Positions 48,401-60,400 of a stretch of 64,000 bases of DNA are shown in pieces; the stretch's first letter is position 1, and each line of letters begins with the position of its first letter. The stretch is taken from contig JBNZDD010013553.1 of the NCBI GenBank assembly GCA_050575255.1, positions 505,508 through 569,507 of the forward strand, in the 5' to 3' direction. Below the pieces are notes generated by a model. The model was not told the origin of the DNA, ran no database searches, and worked only from the letters and a program-made list of their open reading frames with translations. A program made the position numbers and the translations under genes. Origin of the DNA: Harriotta raleighana. Its lineage: Eukaryota.

Positions 48401-51400
48401 TTGATTGAATATGGGGAGCTTGATATTGCTAAATTTCTTATTTGATACTTATATTCACTGGGTGTATTTGGCAATTTTGCCATATGTAACACCAAGCGTA
48501 TGGCCTTTATTTTATTCGAGTGGGTTAGTATTTGCACCACATATTAATAAAAACATTAGGACTGCTAAGTGCAAGTCAGATGTACTTTGTTGTTTCTCGT
48601 ATTTTAATATCCTGTGTTTTTGCGTAAATAATACAGTAAAAACCTCGTTTATCCAGTCCGCTCGGGGGGGGGGTTGACTAATTGACTGTGCCAGATAAAC
48701 GGGGGATAAGTTGCCGAAAACCCAACATAAAAAATTAACTTATTTTAAAACATACCATGTTAATAATACAATAAATAGTAGCAGAATAATGTATAGATAC
48801 TTACCAATAAAGCATTCCAGCACAGTCGGGAAAAATCGGTAAAACAGCATTTTTTACTGATTTAAAAACACACAAAAAAAAAAAAGTTCGTAAGTTTACT
48901 AAGTGCGCATGTGCAAAGTGAGTAAACTCGCGATTCTGGAATGGGGAATTGCCCCGGGAGGGGGTCGAGCAATCCGATTGATCGGGTCATGGATGAACAA
49001 GGTTTTACTGTACTATTGTGTCTTCACAGAAACAAGGACCGACTAACCCAACATTGCTTCATTTAGTGAGAGATGTGAAACAGGTAATTTTCCTTGTGAT
49101 TGCCTTCACATTGTATGTTCTCATGCTGTGGTTTATGAATGATTTAATTACACTGGAGGGCTTCACACTAGTAGTTACTTCACTGCCAGTAGAGTTTTGA
49201 CTGCCTGAAAGCAATGTGGAAAATGCTCGGGACCACATTGCAGATTCTTTGGGCTGTTGGTAACTCCTTGATTTTCTCAGTGGTATAATTACTGCTAAAC
49301 TGAACTATTGAGCCAGAAATATTTCCACAATGATGGGGTTAATTGTTATCAATTAACATATACTGGATTAAAAACAAAATGATTATAAGAGAACAAATCA
49401 TGATCACGTTAGCACCTAATAAAATGCACCTTGAAAGGAGTGGTCCCAATAACTTGCTTTTAACAAACTGCTACCCCATTCATGTCCCCATATACAGTCT
49501 CTGTGCATTATCAGAAGATGAGGCTGATAAAATCGGTACAGTTTTTCTGACTTTATTCTGGGGCTTCATTTTGTCTATCGCTCCCCCATTGCAGAAAATT
49601 CTGACATAATGGTATGGATGATTGGTTTGCATTGGCCAGAGCCAGATTCTCCTTGATGTCACTAGAGTAAAATGTCAATAGACTCTGAAGGTTTCTTCCA
49701 AGCTGCCTCTAGCTGTTAGAAATCCTGAACCACAAGAGTTAGCGCTGCCGCCCATTGACGTAAAAGAGTGATACCTCTGGGATTGTGTGGAATTTATGAG
49801 GAAGAGAAACGCATTTTGCCTTTTAAGATAATGTGTTACAAGACTCAAACCTTGTCACTTTCAAGACCATTTTCAATTTCTATCTATTTTCCCAGGGAAA
49901 TCTTCCTCCAGATTATAAAATCACTTTAATTGATGTGGGTCTTATTATTGAATACCTTATGGGTGGAACCTATCGGTGTACATATACAAGGAAACGCTTT
50001 AGAATTATATACAACAACCTCCACGGAAACAATCGGGTAAGTCCTTTTTATGCATTAGACCACACAATTCTGCCCTCTAGTCTTTTTTGAAATAAGTATC
50101 CGTACAGTCTGAATGAAGAAAGCAATCCAGAATATTTTCCCTCCAACAACCTACATCCTTTCCGATTTTTCCAAAAAATGTCAGAGATCTGGACGACATT
50201 CGACAAGTAGCGGACCTCAGCTGCGAAAGCACTCGGATTCATTGACTAACCGAGCAGACAAAAAGGAGAAAACTCGACATAATCACTTCATCAAGACTGC
50301 CCAGCCTTATAAACCCAAGGTATTGTGAATTTAATTGACTTCAAATGCATGAACGACACATTTCTGTTGCTGTAATCTTTTGAAGTTTTTCAGGAACTTA
50401 GTTCTGATTGGAACTTGTTGTTGGATGCTCATGATTGTGTCGCTCTCAGGCAAATTGCAGATATTGACTCACTGAGTTACAGCCTGTGATAAATGCCAGA
50501 GGGAATGCTGACTTTCCATATCTGCTCTTTCAGCTTGAATCCTCTGTTGATCAGGGGAAGAAAAGGAAAACCAAAGATGAAATTGTGGACATTGATGACC
50601 CAGAGACCAAGCGTTTTCCGTATCCGTTCAATGAGCTGCTCATGTGGGCTGTCCTAATGAAGAGGCAGAAGATGGCAATGTTCTTCTGGCAACACGGAGA
50701 AGAGTCCATGGCTAAGGCTTTAGTTGCCTGCAAGCTGAATCGATCCATGTCTTATGAGGCAAAGCAGAGTGATGTAGTTGATGATACATCAGAAGAGTTA
50801 AAACTGTACTCAAGGTAAAAGTAATAAACTTCAACCTGGGGCATTGCTTTCACACAACGACAACAAAATTACATTTGTATAGCGCCTTTCGCATTGGGAA
50901 GACATAATAGAATACAAGCTATTTTGTCCAGGAATGGTACTCTCCCCTCATTCTTCTATTAAAATATGTGCATATTAATTAACCTTATTAAGAAACTCAA
51001 GAACATTCTTTTGCACTGCCTTCTGTCCATTCTGCATATAATATCCCTGCAGGATAGATTACTGCCACAATCCTCCAATATAGCAAACCATTATCGTGTT
51101 TAAGAATGACTATTCCCTAGTAAGCAATGACATGGCATTCTGTTTAATTTTACAGTCTAATTTTAAAAGAATCAAAGCAAAGCACCGCATCTACTGCCCT
51201 AGTAAACACTGATGTAGGCAGAGTAAAGGGACTGCAGATGTCTATTGCAGGTCAATCCAATTTTGTTATGACCCACCTGAGTTAGAGATGTCTCAGCAGG
51301 AAATAGTTTGCGTACAAACAATTATTACACACTTTTAACAAGGCTGGGCTGAATCTGTTCGGATGTTCAGGGCTGCTGTCTATGTTTCAGTGAATTTGGA

Positions 51401-54400
51401 CAGCTAGCAGTAGATCTACTGGATCAGTCCTTCAGAAACGATGAGACAATGGCCATGAAGTTGCTGACTTATGAACTGAAGAACTGGAGCAACTCCACAT
51501 GCCTTAAATTGGCCGTTAACTCTAGGCTTCGTCCCTTTGTGGCACACACCTGTACCCAAATGCTGCTTTCAGATATGTGGATGGGAAGGCTGAATATGAG
51601 AAAGAATTCCTGGTATAAGGTAAATACTTTCCTGAATATTTTTAATAAAGGCCTCTAGTGTTTCAAATCTTATCTCCAAAACTCCAAATCCGGTGCAGAG
51701 AGCAGTTTTAAACCAGAAACCTAACATATAGTAGATCGTTGTCACATTTTATTGCCTGTTTATTTTTCAAAGTGCATAATTTGGGATTTAATTATCTGCT
51801 AAAGCATTAAAATATAATGCAGGTAGTACATTGACCCGGAAAGCTTTCAATGGGCCATAGGAGATTGATCCCAGTTTATTGGCAGTAAGAATGGCATTGT
51901 TTCTGAAACTACAGCAGTAAGATTCCTACTTGCTCAACCCTAATTTACACTGGTTGTTTGGGGGCAAAACACAGTATTTGCAAGTTTTAAAAAAGGCAGA
52001 CAAAGCGATTCATATAGAGTCCTGGATTTGGTCAAGAACTCAACTGGTAGTTTCCATTACAGGGCATCATTGTTTTTGTGGGTTCAGTGAGCGAAATGAT
52101 TAAAAAACAAAGCAATCTGAAGAATGTACTTTTAGGTGTTGACACAGCAGACAGTGATTTCATTACTATTTTCTCTGGTTTGACGATCCATCTACTCTAT
52201 GCTATGGAGAGTGCGGGAAAGATTGTAATCTTTTTAACAAAAGATTTTTTTTTAAATAGGTTATTCTGAGTATTCTGTTCCCACCCACTATCCTAATGCT
52301 GGAGTTTAAAACCAAGGCAGAAATGTCTCATATTCCTCAATCTGAAGATGCTCATCAGATGAACATGGAGGACAGTGAACACAACTTTCAGATCCCGAGT
52401 GATCAGATATCCATGGTAAGAATGGGTTTGTAAACCAATCTTCACCTTTAAAGCCCTCCATGGCTCTGCTCCATCCTACCTCTGTAACCTCCTATCAACC
52501 TGTCTGCTCCCTATGCTCAGTTGCCTCCTGCCTGCTCCATGTCCCCTGACCCACCAGCCCCACCAGAGCCTTCACCCACTCTGCCCCCAAGCTCTGGAAT
52601 TTTATCCCGCAATCCCTCCACCTCACCCCTCCTTCAAGTATTGCCTCAAGACCCTCCTCTTCAATGGTGCCATCAGCCCCCCCCTTTCCCTCCACCTTCC
52701 CTGACCCAGCTCGTATTGAAACACTGACTGTCCAGTGCCTTGTGACGTACCTCCGACGTGAAAGGGGCTACAGAAATGTAATTTTGTTGTTGTTTGCTTA
52801 ATTCTCAATAAGTTGTACAGCTTTGTATTTCATGCTCTTGCCATAAACAGTAGTGTGTAACCCTATCACAATTTATTTTTGATGTAATCCAGGATGTGTT
52901 CAAGGAAGAGGGCATCTGTGACCTCCATGAGATGAAGCAAGAAGATGTGCCTCTGACTAAACAGAGGAGACTACCTATCACCAGGAAGTTCTACTACTTC
53001 TACCATGCACCAATTGCAAAGTTCTGGTTTAACACAGTAAGTTAGAAGCACATAAGTGCATATGTGCACGTGTTTGTGCTTGCGCTTTCTTTCCTGGCCA
53101 AGATTTTCTAATTCATTGTCTGCAGGGTAATATTGCTGGGACCTATGTATTTGTATAGTGACATTTCAATTGCATCTGTATTAAGTTGATTTAAAGACAA
53201 CTGGATCAAGTGGGACAGTATATTGCACGGGAGAGGAGCTGCAAACAAGACAATTAGTGATGGATGCAATGCTAAATCATGAGAATCATTATAGAGAAAA
53301 GGGCAAAGTGGACTGAAAAACAGAAGTAGTGTAATAACGTCACACTTTCCATCAGAGAACAAGTAAACTGGAGGGTAGAGAAGGCTTGTGCATGACTGAA
53401 TCTTATCAGCTCAGAATGTTTGCGGAAAGTAAAATGTTCCTGCAGCATTAGGCTCTCTATAAATCAACGCTAATCGAACTTGTTTATGTATTTGTAAATC
53501 AGAGATTTATTGATCTGTTTTGAGGTTAAATATCACATGAAATGTTTGATCTGGACCCAAAATAAATGAATAATGAGCACCTTTGCAGTTTTTAACAATT
53601 TACATCAGTGGGTTGAAATTGTAATGCAATTTGTTGTTTTTTTAAAAAATCTATCAGCTGGCCAGTTAAGGATAACAAACTTTGCTATTGTCAGGTATGG
53701 ATAATGGAAACCCTATATTTTACTTGTGTTCCTAAAAGACATGTATTCAGGAAAAACTGACAACTTTTTTCAATTTGTTCCTGAGAAGCAAAGTGGATTC
53801 AAGACCTATTCCTCCATTCTTTCACTTTCTTTCTAAACTCTCCCCTGTCTTGTGTTTTCCAGTTGGCGTATTTGGGATTCCTTATGCTTTATACATACGT
53901 TGTTCTGGTAATTATGGGAAACATACCTTCCATTCAAGAGTGGATTGTGATATCCTTCATCTTTACCTTAGCCATAGAGAAAATTAGAGAGGTGGGAATT
54001 AGTCTTATTATTGTATATTCTGTTTGTGGGACCCTGCTGTGTACAATTGGCTGCCAATTCAATTCAAATTAATCAATTCACTATACAGTATATTCTGTGG
54101 TACACTTTGAGAAGTCTTGAAGACCTCATAAGGCATTATATCAAATGCAATTATTATTAAAGAAAAAAGTTCCAACTCATAGCATAGATAAATAAATAAA
54201 TAAATAATATAATAATAAATAGATATTCTAAAAACTACAGAATTCTCGTTGCAAAAAAAAATTAAGTACCACTCACAATGATTTAGGTGTAATCTTGGGA
54301 GTGATGAAAATATTGAAGTTGGATTTAGTATTATTATTGAACAACCAATGTTAAGTAAAGCTAATATTTATTATAGGTTCTAATTTTTTTTTAAAAAGCA

Positions 54401-57400
54401 TTGTCAAGAGGTTGTGGCTGGTCCATATATAATATCATTTTGCCTCACAATCTTGTTTTTGGTTTGTCAAAACGTGGATTCATTTTCTAATCTAAAAAAA
54501 AATTCTTCCCGTCTAGATTTTCATGTCAGAAGCCGGAAAGATCAATCAGAAGATCAAGGTCTATTTCAGCGATTATTTCAACATCACTGATACAATTGCA
54601 ATTATTATGTTTTTTGTTGGTTTCGGACTACGGTTTGGAATTGGGAGCATTTTAACAGCCGGCAGAATAACTTATTGCCTCAACATTATATTTTGGTACG
54701 TGCGTCTCCTGGATTTCCTTGCGGTGAATCAGCATGCTGGACCTTATGTTACAATGATAGGTAAAATGGTAAGTGGATCATTGGGCAATTATTTTATTTA
54801 ATTTTTAACAAAATCTGTTTAAGATCTCCATCAGCGATCTCAAATTTTATCTAAACAAAGCATTAGTGAAACTTCTCAATAATTTTGATGTGATTAAGTT
54901 TTATTGTCATTGATGTGAAATGTGCAACTTTTTTTAGTAATTCCTTTGCCTTTTCCCTCGAATGCTAGGTGGCAAACATGTTTTACATAGTGGTGATCAT
55001 GGCAGTTGTCCTACTGAGCTTTGGAGTTCCAAGGAAGGCAATTCTTTATCAGTCAGAAACCCCATCATGGAACCTAGCAAAAGACATAGTCTTTCAGCCT
55101 TACTGGATGATCTATGGTGAAGTATATGCATATGAAATTGATCGTAAGTAACTTACTTTCTAAATTGATTCCTTAGATTTCTGGGGAGGTTATCCCATTA
55201 CTGGAACTCCTCGCTGTACATCATCCTGGTGTACATTGTTTCATTTATACGTTGTTGAATTAATAAATATTTGAAAAAATAATTTGAAAATTGGATTAAT
55301 TGAAGGGATATTAGCAGATTACATGTTATACTTGTTGTTTAGTAAATATATAAATAAGATAATAAATACAATTAAGAGAACACTTACTGGAGATGGTTGA
55401 TGTGGTCAGTGGGCAGGAGTCATTCAGATGATGGGGCGGAATTACCAGAGAGGCCCCTCCCTCCCTGGTACGAAAATGTTCTCTTAATTGTATTTTGACC
55501 TTATTTATATATTTATTAAACATTTATTTTAATTTTCAATGCTAGTAGTGTTTTTGCACTTTAATATTAGTGTAAGAAAATTTAGACCGGAAATGTACAA
55601 AGGAATGTAATCCCTATTTATATAATTAGGGCCTATGGTAATTTAGGTTTCACTATGCGTCGTTTCAATTAAAGTCATGCTTTTCAAGAACACATTCCCA
55701 ACGTTAATTGAGGAATCCCAGTATGTATATTGTTGCGGACTGAACAATTCATATTCTCCTCACTTAAATTTTAATACAATTTTTTTAAAAAAAAATTAAA
55801 AAATTGGTCACTCAGTCTACTACTGTTTATGGGACACTGGAGTGTGCAATCTGCTGTCAAGTTTTGCCCCCAAACTAGACTTTGCAGTAATGACTGTGCA
55901 GCACTTAGAGACCTCTCATTGCCGTGATAAAGAGCTACTGGAACTCCCTGATATACGTTGTTTCGCTAATATGTTTTTGATGAAATAATTACAAAATGCG
56001 GTAATTTTACGACAACTGTAGTGGGGACGCAACATCAATCTAGGCAATCATTGAACAGATTGTTAAAAGACCATCAGAATAATTCTGCCCCCGCCACTCC
56101 ACCTTCGCCCACTAATACATTAAATTGCTCAAGTAAGTGTTCTCTTATAGTTGTATTTATTATCTCATTGACATACTGGTATTTATTAAACATTTATTTC
56201 AATTTTCAACAGTAGTAATGTTTTTGCTCTTTATTTAATATTCGTGAGAGAAAATTTAGACCATAAATGTTCCAAAGGAACGTAACTCCTATTTATATCA
56301 TTAGGGCTACGTTAATTTAGGTTTCACTATATGTTGTTTCACTTAAAGTCACACTTTTCAAGAGTGCATTCCCCGACGTTAATCGAGGAGTCCCAGTATA
56401 TCAAATGCGAGGATTATTTTTAGTAATCTTAATAGATAAAGCTGTTTGTACTACTTTTAAAACAAAACTATAGTGGATAATAAAAAGGTCTTTGTCTTTT
56501 TTTCTTCGCCTTATCCCCCAAGCCTGCGCCGAATCTACTGATCCAAATATACAGAACCGTTGTGTTGTTGGTTCTTGGATAACACCATTTCTACAAGCAG
56601 TCTACCTCTTTGTACAGTATATCCTCATGGTGAATCTTCTCATTGCGTTTTTCAAGTGAGTGCATTTTTAGATGTATTGAGAGTCTTTGTCCACTCACCA
56701 TTCATTTGGTTTTTCAAAATTTTAGGTATTTAAATCAACCTGACGTCCCAAACAAAAAAGCAATGTTTCTGGTAAGCTGCCTTTGGCTCTATAGATGGGA
56801 GGTTGCTGATACTTTCTTCTGAAATTGATAGGATGTTTTATAGCACGTTGCTGCTGGGTGCCAGTAACTTTTACACTGAACTAATACAAACTGCTGACAA
56901 CGCAAGTATTAATTTGCAAACTTTTAGTTACAGCCCAACTATATTAACGGGTGGGTTTCATATTAAGGAAATGAGATAAAGATTAAGATAAGAGGTTAAA
57001 AGAAAATTCATATCCTTGAGATAATATCTCATAATACAAAGTTCACATATGTTACCTTATGCCTATTATATTACAGCATTGGAAATGTTTCTGAGAGTGG
57101 CAGGTGAACTGGTGTTGTTGCATTGTACAGTTGCAGGACTCTGTTCTTAAGTGCATGTACGGAACTCTGCTCCCCAGCCTCTAACAGTCTGTGAAATTCG
57201 AGTCAGCATTATACCTGTTGAAACTATCAGAATCCTAATATCTAAGAGGTCAGTAGATAGATATAATGCAATGTTGGCCTTGGTGCAGTTGTGCAATGTC
57301 TGTGCCAAATATGGAATATCCATAATAGCTGGAACAATAAATTACAGTACAGAGTTTAATATTTAATAAATCAGTTTGATTAGTCACCTAATATTTAACC

Positions 57401-60400
57401 TTCAAAGGTTTTAAGCAGAGTACATTTTTGCTGTAACTTCAATTCATGTATTTGGATTCACAGAGCAGTTATTGCCCCAGTTGTGTAGAATGAAAAAAGT
57501 TAAGAGACCTAATGTCCAGTTTCAAACATCAGAAACAGCAATCCATCTACAGTATTTAGAAAGATGAGGTCACTATTTAGTAGTGTAATAACCATTTGGT
57601 GTTGGCTCATATTCTGCACCAAAGTTTTATTTGCTCGTGCATTGAACTTGGATGAAAGAGGGAGAATTGGCTGAGGGAAGCAAAATTTAGAGGCAGTGGG
57701 GAAAGTTTAAACGCTGGAAGCTCCAAACGTTTTGTCTCTTAACAAAAATTGTGCAAATTGTTTCTTGAAGTTAAATGGGTGGGTGTTGTATCATACTCTG
57801 AAACCACATAAATTACAGCAATTTTTTTTTCTCTCTTTTAGTAACGTGTACTTCCAAGTAAAAGCCATTTCGAACATTGTATGGAAGTATCAACGGTATT
57901 ATTTTATCATGGCATATCATGAAAAACCTGTCCTCCCGCCTCCTCTCATCATACTCAGCCACTTTGCTTTGTTAATCTCTCATATCTGCCGACAAGGAAG
58001 GAAACGTGACCGAGGTCAAGGTGGACCAAGTAAGTAGACTTCGGTCACCTTTTTCTCCCTCCACCTGGCTTGGCCCTGGGATCCGTTATTGGGAAGCGTT
58101 CTGAGACAGCGTGGAGTGAGGGTGCTATATAAATCCAAGTTGTTGTTGTAGACAAAATACCATCTTAAACAAGTGGGTGAATTTTCTATAACATAGTGAT
58201 TTTTAATAATATTCCTTAATAAATAATCTGATTTATATGAATGAGGATTCTTAGAATTCCAAAGTAGATTGAAAAAGTATTTATCAAACAAAATTTGCAG
58301 GTGCAAGCCTTGCTACTGAACAATTATATTCTACCAACAAAACACAAAATACTACAGATGCTGGAGATCTGAAACAAAAACAGAAGTTGCTGGGAAAACT
58401 TAGCAGGTCTATGGAGAAAGGAAAGTGAGTCAATGTTTCAAAACGTTCTGACGAATGGTCGTGGACCCGAAATGTGGTCTCACTTTCCTTTCTCCATGGA
58501 TGCTACTTGACCTGCTGAGTTTTCTCAGCAACTTCTGTTTTTAAATTATATGATACCGTTGCACTATATTGCAGAAGGTATTACCCTTCCACATTCACAC
58601 TCTGGGTTCTTTAAATCCTGACTCAGTTTTCAGTATGTTCCTCTGGACTGCAAAGCACAGTAAATGTCAGAGTCAGCGGACAAAAGTTTTGTTACAGGTG
58701 ACTGATTGCATCTTATCCCTTTTTGGATTTGACTATCTGCAATCTTCCGAGTGTGTTCTTCTCGACCCCTGCATTCCCTGAGCAGTAATTCCATTCCATG
58801 ACAATTGTCAGGCTTTTTCCACTGATCATCATTTCGCTCAAGAGTGGAGTAGGTGACTTGCGCTCCATTATTCCAGTCTTTTTCTGTTTCATTGAAGATG
58901 TTGTGTGAATCAAACGCCATTTATTTTATACATTTTCATTTATACATAGCTAAACTCATAGTCTCGGGATTAAAGGTCAACTTTTTAAAACTGAACTGAG
59001 AAAACACTTCTTCACTCAGAGGGTGGTGAATTTATGGAATTCCCTGCTCCAGAAGGCTGTGGTTGCTCAGTCATTGAACACATTTAAGATCAAGTTTGGC
59101 ATTTTTTAAAAACATGAATAGATTAAGGGATATGGCGATAGGGCGGGTAAATGGAATTAGGATAGAAGATCCTACATGATCTTATTAAATGGCGGGGTAG
59201 GCTTGAGGGACCAAATAGCCTATTTCTCTTAATTTTTATGTTCTTGTGTAAAGATATTATGATTAGCCTCATCTCGTTGAAGGTTTTTAACTGGCTGTAT
59301 TTGAAAATGTTCTCAAAACCATTAAATTTTCGCTTCAGTAAGCAAAACCTCTAGATCACATCCTTTTTTTTTAAAATTGTTGTCCTCTTCAGAATTATTT
59401 TTAAGTGAGGAAGACCAGAAAAAATTGCATGACTTTGAAGAACAGTGTGTGGAGAAGTACTTCCATGAAAAAGAAGATCGGTTCCATTCAGGTAGTGAGG
59501 AAAGAATTCGGGTGACCTCTGAAAGGTACAATCAATTTTAAATTACTGAAATATTGTATAATATATAGCTCCCCTTGGGGAATGAGAGCATTGCTTTTGT
59601 TTCTATCAGTAAAAGGCATCTTTGAGATCAGGGTGGTCCAAATGGCGGCAGGCGGACTGATTTAATCTTGGCCCACCCTCCCTATAAACCTGTAAATGTG
59701 ATGTTTCGAGTAGGGAAACGGAAAATATTGCGTATGCTGTGGACATTTCTCAAATAGGGCATTGTTAATAAAGCAGCCACATTGAAATGTACTGCATCTT
59801 GCCTCCAAAATACAGTTAATTCGACTTGTAGTGTATTCTGTGAAGCGCTTAAGCGACGTCTCAAAAGATGCGATAAGATAAATGAAAGATGCTTTATCAA
59901 ATGCAAGCATTATTTTAACTTGTAGAGATAACTCTAAATTGGTTGATGGGCTCTTTGGTTTTTAGGGTTGAAAATATGTCCATCCAGCTGAAAGAAGTGG
60001 GTGATCGTGTGAATTACATCAAACGGTCACTGCAGTCACTGGATTGTCAAATTGGTCATCTACAGGACTTGTCTGCTCTCACAGTGGACACCTTGAAAGC
60101 ACTGACTGCCCAAAAAGCCTCTGAAGCCGCCAAGGTTCACAAGGAGATCTCCCGCGAGCTGAGTATTTCAAGAAATCTGGGGGAGAACCTCGCTGATGCC
60201 CCACTGAAATCTTCACTTCGCAAAAAGCACAGCATCGGCGCCTACTTTGGCTCCTCTTTCCCTCAACGAGGGGTGGATTCTGGGGGCTCTATCGGTGCTG
60301 GTGGTTCCCTCAAAGACAACACTGACGCTTCTCAAAGAGACGTGCTGGGCCGGAACTTAGGTCAGGATTCACTTCCAACTTGGCAGGGAAATATACTGAA

